Positions 41,298 through 50,741 of a stretch of DNA of 64,000 nt are shown here, piece by piece (positions within the stretch are counted from its first letter, which is position 1; each line of letters begins with the position of its first letter). The translations under genes and the position numbers were made by a program. The notes beneath the pieces were generated by a model that was not told where the DNA came from, made no database searches, and saw only the letters and a list, made by a program, of their open reading frames with translations. Location: positions 27,987-91,986 of the IMG/VR virus record IMGVR_UViG_3300042523_000478. One strand, given 5' to 3'. Origin of the DNA: a virus.

Positions 41298-41320
41298 AAT
41301 CAGTTTTTATTATAAATATA

Positions 41321-43120
41321 TCAATCCTTTAATATTTTAAGTAATTCTTTTTCCATATCACCTAACGATGAGTTTGTGATATACATATCGTTATCAGTTT
41401 CTAATAGTAAATTTTCTAACTTGTTTCTTGATTCTGGTAAACCTTCAGGTCCTCCTGGTGGTGGTCCTCCCATTTCTGGTGGTCCTCCTGCTGGTGGGGA
41501 TGGTGGTCCTCCCATTTCTGGACCTTCTCCTCCTTCTGGAGGCGCTCCCCCTGATTGGGTTGTTCCGGTAACGGTTTTATATAATCTATCAATCGTATCA
41601 AACATTCCTGTATGGGTTATGATTGTTGCGGTATTTGCAAGTTCAGCGGCAACCGCTCTTTCCATTCTTTGTCTCTGGGTATCCAACTTAATGTCTTCAT
41701 CTGAGAATCCAAATATATGTTTCTTAGCCCAAGTAGCTGAGGTCGGCGCCAATGAGTTTGGTATTTCACTTACCAAATCTTTATAAAGTAAAACTTTTTC
41801 TTTCCACACATCAACCATTAATAGGTCAGCTTGTTTAGATGGATTGTTTAACCCTAATGTAAAGTTTTGTAATTCATCCTCAAATCCTAATAAAAATAAA
41901 TGGACAATCGCAATCTTATTTAATTCGGATAAAATATTTTTTTGTATTCTATTAATTGTTCTAGCAAAACGTATATCAAGTAATGATAAATTTTTACCAT
42001 CACCAACCGGTTCTTCAAATCCAAGATATGCTTTTGGTATTCTTAATGCACAAACAAGTTTCTTTTGAATATACTCAATATCGGCAATCTCAGAAAGATT
42101 TGTACCACCTGGTAAAGTTTCAATTGGCATTGTTTGTGTTGCATCTCTAACTGGAATAAAGTAATCCTGGTCAACCGCCATTTGATTAAAACGTAAATCG
42201 ACGTTACCCGTTTTATTGTCAACAATTTGGTCACGTTTAAATTTGTTTGCAACACGTTGTACATATGCTTCAACATCTTTATCGTCCATATTACCAACGA
42301 ATACTTTAAAAACCCTTCTTTCGGGGGCTCTTGATGTACGATAAATTAACATAGCATCTTCAGACAAAACCAATTGTTTCCAGATACGACGAGCTTTTTC
42401 TAACATTGAGGTTCCGTAAGGTAACTTTCTATCATCTCCAAGTAATCTAAAGTGGGCAACTTCAAATGTATTGAATTCCATTTGTTTTTCTTTCCACTTA
42501 AATCTTAAACCTTTTTCGTCCGGTTTAACTTCTGAATTGGGAGTTCTAGGTGACATTCCCTTTTCAAGCCTTTCAACCTCAATATTTGGTAATTGAACAC
42601 AACCAATTATTCCTTTTTCGGAATCTAATTTAAGATAAACAAAATTATCACCATATTTACAAGTGTTTCTAATCCACATCTGTAGGTTAGTGTTAATATC
42701 TAAAGTGTTGTTAAATAAATCGGCTAATATTCCTTTTATTCTTTTTGATTCGGAGTAAATTTGTAAAATATGACCATCTTCATTTGGTGTTGTTGATTCT
42801 TCCGCATATATATCTAAAGCAGTAGAAATCTCTGGAGTAAATTCCATAGATTCATAATCATAAAATGCTGCAATTCTTGTTGGTTCATAATAAATGGCTT
42901 GTGTATAAAGATTACTCTCTATTTTAGTCCATTGATTGGCCATATATAATGACTGTTGAGCTTGTAATTTTTCTTTTTCAAACTCGTTTCTATCTCTAGT
43001 TTTTAATAGTTCTTTTTTGTCAAATTTGTACGTCGGAACATCTTGACCCAATAATGAATTTGGTCCGAATGCCTTTGATAATCTTTGCCAAACTGTTAGT
43101 TGATTAAAGTTTTGTTCCAT
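41321..43120 (-). CDS. Portal protein, T4 gp20 family
   Basis: PEISTALDIYAEE, EDAMLIYRTSRAPERRVF, DYFIPVR, IETLPGG, LRIPKAYL; Pro/Gly-rich tail. Confidence 0.93.
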   Translation of the reverse strand: MEQNFNQLTVWQRLSKAFGPNSLLGQDVPTYKFDKKELLKTRDRNEFEKEKLQAQQSLYMANQWTKIESNLYTQAIYYEPTRIAAFYDYESMEFTPEISTALDIYAEESTTPNEDGHILQIYSESKRIKGILADLFNNTLDINTNLQMWIRNTCKYGDNFVYLKLDSEKGIIGCVQLPNIEVERLEKGMSPRTPNSEVKPDEKGLRFKWKEKQMEFNTFEVAHFRLLGDDRKLPYGTSMLEKARRIWKQLVLSEDAMLIYRTSRAPERRVFKVFVGNMDDKDVEAYVQRVANKFKRDQIVDNKTGNVDLRFNQMAVDQDYFIPVRDATQTMPIETLPGGTNLSEIADIEYIQKKLVCALRIPKAYLGFEEPVGDGKNLSLLDIRFARTINRIQKNILSELNKIAIVHLFLLGFEDELQNFTLGLNNPSKQADLLMVDVWKEKVLLYKDLVSEIPNSLAPTSATWAKKHIFGFSDEDIKLDTQRQRMERAVAAELANTATIITHTGMFDTIDRLYKTVTGTTQSGGAPPEGGEGPEMGGPPSPPAGGPPEMGGPPPGGPEGLPESRNKLENLLLETDNDMYITNSSLGDMEKELLKILKD

Positions 43121-43217
43121 ATTGAAAATTTAGTTTATAATTCTTAAATATAAATATTTACTATTCTTACATTTTAAAGTTAATCAACAAACATTAAGTA
43201 AAAATTAGAATCTGCAC

Positions 43218-43415
43218 TCATATATTCGTATTTGTTGGTGTTGGTGTTGGGGGTATTTGTTTTAGGTCTACTGGATGCCCTTCATAAGTTTCCGGTTTTT
43301 TCTTATACCCAAAAGAGTTCTCAAATTTTTTATACCCTAAAATGGGTTGTCCGGGAACCACTAAAGTGGATCCATTAATTTGTTTTCCCGATGTTCTTCT
43401 AAGTTCTAACCCCAT
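43218..43415 (-). CDS. Small hypothetical late protein
   Basis: ORF with TATTTAT 4 nt before the ATG. Confidence 0.65.
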   Translation of the reverse strand: MGLELRRTSGKQINGSTLVVPGQPILGYKKFENSFGYKKKPETYEGHPVDLKQIPPTPTPTNTNI

Positions 43416-43426
43416 TTTTATAAATA

Positions 43427-45196
43427 TTATCTACCACCAAATAACCAACCATGTTTAATATAATCTTCTTTTGAGGGTCCTGAATTCATGTTGTATCTGT
43501 GTGAGGCCGCATTCAAATTTGGAAGTACCGGATTAAAGTAAATATCTTTACCCACACTATCGTTATTACTTATAGTCCACGATTCAAGCATAACCTTTGT
43601 TTGTTCCGTTACCTTTTCAAGTTTTGCGAAGGATGTTTCACCAACATATATTGCCATTGATATTCCCATTATAAGGTCGTCGTGTTGCCCCCTTTGGTGG
43701 TCTGGTCTACCATTAAGATATATAAAAGTATTCATTTCATTATATAAACGAATGCTTTTAATTTTAAATTTGTGTCTTACATATTCCTCAAAAGAGGCGA
43801 TAATTTGAACTCTTTTATTATTAAAACTTATACCAGGTATTTTTTCCTGCGCCTTTGCGTTATAACTCCATATATTTGTTGTGTCAAAACCATCAACATA
43901 TAAATTCTTATAACCAAGTTCTTGCATTTTTCTAATCGTAGTGACACCCATACCTCCAGTAATATCCACCACTACAAACGCACTATACATTAACCCCCAT
44001 TTATATGCAATTTCCGCCAAAGCGTCAGGTGGTATTTTACCCACATATTCTAGAACCTGTTCTCTAGTGTCAAAATCAATTATCTGTATTGATGAAAAAT
44101 CCTCACTATCCCCACGAGAAACGTCAACCCCCATTATATACTTATGACCCTCTTTAGGTTCTTCCCACATCCATAAAGAATTACCCATTAACTTTGTTTT
44201 AGGTTCTTCTATAGAATTATTTTTAATATATTCTAATTGTTTGTTGTCAAATACGTTATCTCCGGAACCTAAAAATTCACAATTTAACTCCTGATTAATT
44301 TTTCTTTTATCATATTTAAGTTTTTTAACCATTTTTTCATACCAAGAAGAACAGGGTTTATAACCCTTTTTAAAATATGATGTTAGTTCGTCATAATCTC
44401 TATGATACGGATCAATATGTTCAAACGATACGTGTTTTAACGGATCTTGTTCATCTTTATGTAGTAAATAATGAACTAAATCGTCTGTTGGGACTAAATA
44501 TAAATCTTTTGAGTATCTTGGGTCTCTGAACCAAAACATCTCAGAGATTTTAAAGTTATTCATTCCTTTTAAAGATTGGTCATAAATCTCGTAATAAATT
44601 GGGTCATACCCGTTAGGTGTGGAAACCACAATTACCTTACCCCCTGTTGATAGGGACGCCATACAAGCTGCCCAGAAATCGCTATCAGCCTCAATAAATG
44701 CCGCTTCATCAAATACAAGTATCGTAGGGGTAAATCCACGTAAGGCATCCTTTGATGTCGCAACGGCCTTAACTTCACTACCATTAGTTAGTTTATAATG
44801 TTTTTGTGAATTTTTGTCTACCGAAAACCCAGCACCAACCCAAGAAGGCCATTGGTCAACAAAGGCACGAATCTTATTAGCCATCTCCATTGAGGTGTCC
44901 AATTTATTTGCAATTATTAGTATTTTCTCAGGTTGTGTTTTTTTTGCAAAAACTAATCGTTTAGATATCCAAGCGGCGGTTACCGTAGTTACACCGGCTT
45001 GTCTATATTTTAATGCAATATTCTCCTCAAATTCCTCATAATCATTTAATAAGGAAATTTGGTCAGGAAATAATCCCAATGGAACGTACTTTGATACTGT
45101 GTTGTCGTATGTTTGTAAATAAGTTCTAAGAGCATATGGAGTGTCTTTCATACACTTAACATACTCTATCATTAACTGTTCTTTAGATAAACCCAT
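43427..45196 (-). CDS. Terminase large subunit, T4 gp17 family
   Basis: KYRQAGVTT (Walker A variant), LVFDEAAF, VSTPNG, QELNCEFLGS, GVDVSRG..DFS, HDDLIM. Confidence 0.95.
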   Translation of the reverse strand: MGLSKEQLMIEYVKCMKDTPYALRTYLQTYDNTVSKYVPLGLFPDQISLLNDYEEFEENIALKYRQAGVTTVTAAWISKRLVFAKKTQPEKILIIANKLDTSMEMANKIRAFVDQWPSWVGAGFSVDKNSQKHYKLTNGSEVKAVATSKDALRGFTPTILVFDEAAFIEADSDFWAACMASLSTGGKVIVVSTPNGYDPIYYEIYDQSLKGMNNFKISEMFWFRDPRYSKDLYLVPTDDLVHYLLHKDEQDPLKHVSFEHIDPYHRDYDELTSYFKKGYKPCSSWYEKMVKKLKYDKRKINQELNCEFLGSGDNVFDNKQLEYIKNNSIEEPKTKLMGNSLWMWEEPKEGHKYIMGVDVSRGDSEDFSSIQIIDFDTREQVLEYVGKIPPDALAEIAYKWGLMYSAFVVVDITGGMGVTTIRKMQELGYKNLYVDGFDTTNIWSYNAKAQEKIPGISFNNKRVQIIASFEEYVRHKFKIKSIRLYNEMNTFIYLNGRPDHQRGQHDDLIMGISMAIYVGETSFAKLEKVTEQTKVMLESWTISNNDSVGKDIYFNPVLPNLNAASHRYNMNSGPSKEDYIKHGWLFGGR

Positions 45197-45218
45197 AAAG
45201 ATATTTACATATAAATAT

Positions 45219-45253
45219 CAAAACCCCCAGTTATTTTTGTAAAAGGGGGTTTT
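45219..45253 (-). terminator. Hairpin terminator upstream of the terminase promoter
   Basis: AAAACCCCC...GGGGGTTTT inverted repeat. Confidence 0.6.
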
Positions 45254-45276
45254 AATAAATAATAATTGTTTTATTA

Positions 45277-46674
45277 TTAATCTAATTTACTTAGAATATC
45301 GCCACCATCATCATCGTAATCATCATCATCGTAATCATCATCGTCATCATCAGGAGCATCACCGTAAGTTTTTCTATACATTTCTTTTGCTTGTCCTAAA
45401 ATTTCAGTAAATTTTATTCTAGCTTTTTCATTGTCAGATGGGTTATCGGAAACAACATTGGCAATCACATCTTTTAAAAATTTTTCAGCTGGGATTCCAT
45501 AAAGTATTTTATAAAAGAAAGGTTTGTAAATTTTACCTTCATCATATAAAGTTAACTCATCTGGTAATAACGTCCTCATTTTTGTTAAAAGTGGGGTTCC
45601 AACACGAAAATTCATTGGTTCATTCTCCATTGTATCTGTTTGACCCATAACATCCATTGCCATTTCTGGGTCCATATCCCTCCATTGTTCTCTTGTTTGT
45701 ATCATTGGGAACACCTTAGATAGTTCGTGAAGTAGGATTGGGAATATTACTCCATTTGAATGGTACGTATCATTATCGTTACCCTCATTATTTTGTTCTC
45801 CCCCTTGTTCTTCATCATCGTCATCATCAGGAGCATCACCTCCCTTACCGGCAGAACCGGCAGCATTACCACCTAAAGATTCAATAAGGTCTTCATCCGT
45901 AAAATACATTAAATCATTTGCTCCCATTATTTTATTATATAAATCATATAATGATGGGTCTATTGCGTCTAATCTATCTTTATATAGTTGGTACAAAAAT
46001 TGACCTTTTTTACCCGCCCCTTGTGACAGTGCGTTAATAACATTTCTTTTTTCAATTTCTAACTCTCTTTGTTCTTCAGGGGTTAATTCATCAATATCAA
46101 AAGAAAAGTTTTTAGGTAATTCTAATTTCTTTTTTTTATCCGGTTTAATCTGAAACTCATTTGGATTAATTGGTTTTTCACCTAAAAATGTAACAATGTT
46201 AACAAAATTAAATTCATACACAATTCCACCACCATTCCGTCTTTTTTTAGCAATAATTCCTTGATTAACTGCATCTTCCATAGTTAAATCATAAGATAAC
46301 CACCCATCTTCTTTAGCTGCTATCTCAACCGCTAAATCTCTTAATTGTTCTCTATATCTAGGTTCGGTTCTCATGGCTTGTTGTACAGATCTCATCTGTT
46401 CCATTTGAATCGCCAACTTAACTTGTGGGTTTGTAATATTTTGTTGAGTACCAAAATATCTTTTAACGTAATCAACAATTTCTTTAAATCGTTTACTAGT
46501 CATTTTTTCTACGTCACTAACACCACCTCTAAACGCCCTATTTTTTGCATAAATTCCTTGAGGGTCCTCAATTTTTTGTTGGGTTCTTGGGTGAGGTCTT
46601 TCCTGGTAATCACCAAAATCCATAGGAGCTTCATTAACAATTTTTCTTATTAATCTTTCTAAATTATTTGACAT
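45277..46674 (-). CDS. Hypothetical protein, probably head-internal
   Basis: N-terminal LERLIRKIVNE motif; acidic GDAPDDDDD repeats; FPILLHELSK segment. Confidence 0.7.
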   Translation of the reverse strand: MSNNLERLIRKIVNEAPMDFGDYQERPHPRTQQKIEDPQGIYAKNRAFRGGVSDVEKMTSKRFKEIVDYVKRYFGTQQNITNPQVKLAIQMEQMRSVQQAMRTEPRYREQLRDLAVEIAAKEDGWLSYDLTMEDAVNQGIIAKKRRNGGGIVYEFNFVNIVTFLGEKPINPNEFQIKPDKKKKLELPKNFSFDIDELTPEEQRELEIEKRNVINALSQGAGKKGQFLYQLYKDRLDAIDPSLYDLYNKIMGANDLMYFTDEDLIESLGGNAAGSAGKGGDAPDDDDDEEQGGEQNNEGNDNDTYHSNGVIFPILLHELSKVFPMIQTREQWRDMDPEMAMDVMGQTDTMENEPMNFRVGTPLLTKMRTLLPDELTLYDEGKIYKPFFYKILYGIPAEKFLKDVIANVVSDNPSDNEKARIKFTEILGQAKEMYRKTYGDAPDDDDDDYDDDDYDDDGGDILSKLD

Positions 46675-46677
46675 TTT

Positions 46678-47640
46678 TTATACATTTAACGCTTGTTTTA
46701 TCGCTCCAATGAACTCATTTTTTTGACTTTCAATTTCCGCCTTTGGTTTTTCTTTTACTCCAGGGTTAGGATCTTTAAATGGATTATCTCCTTTTTTTGG
46801 TGGAGTTTTAACTCCAGGTTTTGCCGGAGCCTCTTTAGTTCTAGTATTTGCCTTTGGTTTTTCTTTTACTCCAGGGTTAGGGTCCTTAAATGGGTTATCT
46901 CTTTTTTTTGGTGGAGTTTTTGTTCCTGGAGTTTTTGTTCTTTCTTTTTCTTTAGTGTTTTCTCCCATTTCTCCACCCATAGACGACATTTTACCAATTG
47001 GTCTTTTCATTTCCATACCTTCATTTTCGGAAAACATAGTATTTCTTTTTGGTTTTGACAACATAAAAGATTCGCTCTTATTATTTCTTTCGGAAATTGT
47101 TCGTAAAATGTCTCCCTTAGTCATTTTAGGGTCAATATGTTTTTCAATCATTTCAACAATTCTATCTTCAAGATATCTTTCATATCCTTCTTTGGTTACT
47201 TTTTCTGGCATATTTTTTTGGTCTTTTTTAGTTGTACTACGTGAAAATTCATCTCTCATTTTACACCATTTTTTTTGTTCTTTTGTTTTACCATTACCAC
47301 ATTTTGTAAAGAATAATTTTTGTTGTGATCTTGATTCAAATTTTTCATCAAGTTCTTTTTCTTCAGACATAGGAGCATTAGAACCAGTAACAACTTGTAC
47401 TTTACCTCCAACTTTTTTAATCTGAACATCACCTGTTGCGTCATCGTTAGGTACTGCCATACCTTTACTTAAATCTGTATCATCTAATGTTGTTATGGTT
47501 TGAGCAACTTTTTGTGTTACTGCCTCTTTTGTTTCAAACTTTTCTGCAAGAATTCTAACTTGATTTCCAGTCATTTTTGAAATGGTGTTAAAATGAATAC
47601 CATTTTCTAGTAAAACTGTAACATATTTTTTAGTTTTCAT
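46678..47640 (-). CDS. Hypothetical basic protein with duplicated KTPPKK.DNPFKDPNPGVKEKPKA
   Basis: ORF track; internal repeat visible at DNA level. Confidence 0.7.
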   Translation of the reverse strand: MKTKKYVTVLLENGIHFNTISKMTGNQVRILAEKFETKEAVTQKVAQTITTLDDTDLSKGMAVPNDDATGDVQIKKVGGKVQVVTGSNAPMSEEKELDEKFESRSQQKLFFTKCGNGKTKEQKKWCKMRDEFSRSTTKKDQKNMPEKVTKEGYERYLEDRIVEMIEKHIDPKMTKGDILRTISERNNKSESFMLSKPKRNTMFSENEGMEMKRPIGKMSSMGGEMGENTKEKERTKTPGTKTPPKKRDNPFKDPNPGVKEKPKANTRTKEAPAKPGVKTPPKKGDNPFKDPNPGVKEKPKAEIESQKNEFIGAIKQALNV

Positions 47641-48037
47641 ATACTACTTTTTTTTCAAATTCTAATACAAGATCTCTCTCATACAGTTTATCTTTAACTA
47701 TCTGTTCCTCATCACCAAACTTGAAAACAAGTCGTTTGACTAATGAGAAATCAATGTCTTCTTCTTTTTCCCAACCCAAAGCCAATACACCGTCTATTGA
47801 ATCCTGAACAGAAAATACATCTGAGTTTTGCACCAACTCTAATGTTATTTCCCCGTTGGTTAAGGTACCAACCTTTTTCACGTGTTCAACATCTGGAGGA
47901 CTTGGGTATCCATTAGCTGGTTTTAATTCCCAACCTTCACCCCAAATCTCATCAATACTATCTGAAAATATAAATTCATAAATGTTTTCTCCCCTATAAT
48001 TTGGGCCTAATCCATTTATGTAAATTAAAAAACTCAT
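47630..48037 (-). CDS. Hypothetical protein
   Basis: Overlapping ORF in the operon. Confidence 0.7.
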   Translation of the reverse strand: MSFLIYINGLGPNYRGENIYEFIFSDSIDEIWGEGWELKPANGYPSPPDVEHVKKVGTLTNGEITLELVQNSDVFSVQDSIDGVLALGWEKEEDIDFSLVKRLVFKFGDEEQIVKDKLYERDLVLEFEKKVVYEN

Positions 48038-49500
48038 AGTACTTTACCGTTCGTTGTTATTTTTCTTTCTGTTAAACCATCAATAAAAACTAAATTACCT
48101 TTATTAGATAAACCGGCTAATTTTGATGTTGGGTTTATTTCAATAAATTTAAGAGACATTCTTTCTTGTTTAATATTTTCAGATAATCTTTTTATTCCTT
48201 TAATATTTTTTTCTCTTAATTTTTCCATTTCTTCTTTTCTTTTAATTCCCTTACTTTCGTTAATCATTACATCCTTGTTAGTAATATTAAAATATTTTGA
48301 AATAATTTTATCCACTTTTGACTCACCAAATGTTCCGTGTTCAAAATGGTTATAATTTCTTTGACTGGTTCTTGCCCCATGTTTAGGATATTCTTCACCC
48401 ATTTCACCACTCATTTTAGATAGACCATCAGCCATTGTTGTTGTTGCCAAACGATTAACCGCATCCCCAAGTGTAGGTGTGTCATATTCAGTCATTTCTC
48501 CTCCTTCTGGTGGTGGTGGAGGTAATTCATCATCTCCCATATCTGAAGGTTCTTCCATTGATAAATCTTCGTCTTCATTGTCATCATCCTCTTCGTCTTT
48601 ATCTTCATCATCATAATCACCCTCTAATCTTGATATAATTTCTTCAAGATCATCATCGTCTAATACATCAACATCAATAGCGGATAAAATAGAATTAATA
48701 ATGTATTTAACATCATTACCATCCATTTCATCTTTATCGTTAAATTTTCTGATTTTTTGTGCTAATTTACCTGTAAGTTTCTGGATAATTTTAAAAGAAG
48801 TTCCTTCTTCTTTTTTTGATTCGTCACCCATATCATCTCCCATATCATCAGGAAGTGGTGGCATTTCATCATCCATATCTCCCATATCATCACCCATTCC
48901 TTCCGGTGGTGGAGGCATATCACCTCCCATATCATCACCCATTCCTTCCGGTGGTGGAGGCATATCACCTCCCATATCAGATGGTGGTGGGGGCATATCA
49001 CCTCCCATATCATCAACAGGTACCGGTGGGGTAATAGGTGCCGGTGGGGTAATAGGTGCCGGTGCCGGAGCTAATTCTGGTGCCGGAGATGGTGTGGGAA
49101 TTTCTTCCGTATTTGTTTTAGGTAATCTTAGTTTAAACTTTTTTTTTTGCTCTGTAAAAAGAGAGATACCTTCATCGTTTCCGTACAAACCGTTGTATTC
49201 TTTGGCCATTAAATTTAATCTTTTTAAGGCTTGGGAATATGATGGGTAGTATTTCCTACTTTGCATAGGTTCAACATAATCTGTTATAGATTCGTTTAAA
49301 CTTAGTTTAATAATATAACCTTGTCTTTCTTTAACAATAGCATATGTGTTACCATCCGCCAAAGGTATAGTGTATTCAGTTGATTTGTTTTCATTTATGG
49401 ATTGTGGTAAAACTTCGTTAAATCTGGCAATTTCCATAATTCTACGAATCTTGTCCATACCTTGCAATTTTTCACTTCCAATAGGTCTTAATCCTCCCAT
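48034..49500 (-). CDS. Hypothetical acidic/Pro-rich prohead-core-like protein
   Basis: DMGGDMPPPP repeats; several I-x-E motifs; two late motifs upstream. Confidence 0.65.
   Translation of the reverse strand: MGGLRPIGSEKLQGMDKIRRIMEIARFNEVLPQSINENKSTEYTIPLADGNTYAIVKERQGYIIKLSLNESITDYVEPMQSRKYYPSYSQALKRLNLMAKEYNGLYGNDEGISLFTEQKKKFKLRLPKTNTEEIPTPSPAPELAPAPAPITPPAPITPPVPVDDMGGDMPPPPSDMGGDMPPPPEGMGDDMGGDMPPPPEGMGDDMGDMDDEMPPLPDDMGDDMGDESKKEEGTSFKIIQKLTGKLAQKIRKFNDKDEMDGNDVKYIINSILSAIDVDVLDDDDLEEIISRLEGDYDDEDKDEEDDDNEDEDLSMEEPSDMGDDELPPPPPEGGEMTEYDTPTLGDAVNRLATTTMADGLSKMSGEMGEEYPKHGARTSQRNYNHFEHGTFGESKVDKIISKYFNITNKDVMINESKGIKRKEEMEKLREKNIKGIKRLSENIKQERMSLKFIEINPTSKLAGLSNKGNLVFIDGLTERKITTNGKVL
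48879..49058. repeat. 45-bp and 18-bp tandem repeats
   Basis: CTCCCATATCATCACCCATTCCTTCCGGTGGTGGAGGCATATCAC x2.2; CCGGTGGGGTAATAGGTG x2. Confidence 0.9.
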
Positions 49501-49574
49501 AGTATATTTGTTTTTAAAATATTATTTTTTATATAAATATATCAATAAATATGTTTATTTGTTGATTTGTTAAA

Positions 49575-50312
49575 TTATTGTTTCATAGATAATTTTTTAT
49601 CTATAATTTCTGTCGGTATGTCATATAGTTTTTCAATATAACCATTTCTTCTAATTAATTTGAACGCTAGATTCTCAAGTGACATTTCTCCACCTTTTTC
49701 TAACCCACAATTTCTAAACTTTTTAAGCTTTTCTTTGTATTTCTTTACAATTGACTTTATTTCATCCGGACTTTCATCTTTGATGTTATCAACAACACCA
49801 TCAATAATTTTCATCCATTGTTTTGATTTTTCCTTTATTAATTCCACATCAATATCTTTCATATCACCTTTATTTGGTTCATTTACCCACATGTCGTAAA
49901 GGATTGAATAAACCCCAGAACTAAAGGTAACTCCAGTTTCGTCTTGGACAAAACACTCAACTTCGTACCCAAACAATTTTATATTATGTTTTTGATTAAA
50001 TACTATTTTTTTTAAATCAAAAAACTCCATATATAAATCTTTTGCATTTTCAGGAAACTGAGAATAATTTAATACGATGTGTAAATCAACATCAGAATAT
50101 TTTGACCAATTATAATTAGTTAAAGAACCTATCATTATTATGTCTGTTATTAGGATATCTATACCTAAAAAATCTATAAATAAATTTGAAACCTCTAATA
50201 ATTTTTTTCTAACTTCTGGGTTTATTTCGTATTTATTACCTTTTTTATTCCAGATTTTAGAATTAAGTTCATTTTGTGTTTCAAAACTTTTTAAAATTTC
50301 CGTATTATTCAT
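49575..50312 (-). CDS. Pol-beta-superfamily nucleotidyltransferase
   Basis: IIMIGSLTNYNWSKYSDVDLHI (GS..DxD) and a third acidic residue in YEVECFV. Confidence 0.75.
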   Translation of the reverse strand: MNNTEILKSFETQNELNSKIWNKKGNKYEINPEVRKKLLEVSNLFIDFLGIDILITDIIMIGSLTNYNWSKYSDVDLHIVLNYSQFPENAKDLYMEFFDLKKIVFNQKHNIKLFGYEVECFVQDETGVTFSSGVYSILYDMWVNEPNKGDMKDIDVELIKEKSKQWMKIIDGVVDNIKDESPDEIKSIVKKYKEKLKKFRNCGLEKGGEMSLENLAFKLIRRNGYIEKLYDIPTEIIDKKLSMKQ

Positions 50313-50336
50313 AATAATAAATACTTGAAATTTAAA

Positions 50337-50582
50337 TTAACTTAACTTTTTATATTTAAATACCTTTGAAATGTTTGTATTAAAAAACGACCCTTGTGAT
50401 TTAGCGGTTCTAAATTGGGTATATGTTTGGTGAGGAACTTCTTCATATTCGTATCTCATACCATTTTTAAATTCCGTAATCATTTTTTTAGTTTGAGTGT
50501 CGTATTCTGTCTTAATGATATTAGATGACTCAACCTCATTTAAAATTTTTGTTCCTTTTATTTCTTCTTTAGTAATTGCCAT
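50337..50582 (-). CDS. KTSC-domain protein
   Basis: VESSNI...YD...K...FKNG..YEY..VP...Y..F..A.SQGSFFN.NI. Confidence 0.85.
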   Translation of the reverse strand: MAITKEEIKGTKILNEVESSNIIKTEYDTQTKKMITEFKNGMRYEYEEVPHQTYTQFRTAKSQGSFFNTNISKVFKYKKLS

Positions 50583-50741
50583 AATGTTTTTTTATATAAA
50601 TATATTTTTAATAAAAAAAAAATACACCCTTTTGGGTAAAAACCTGACAAAATGTCAGTATTATAAAAAACAAACTAACAAGTTGTTAAAATTATTGACT
50701 ACATACGACCTTATAGTTACACTTATGTAAAACAAATTATT

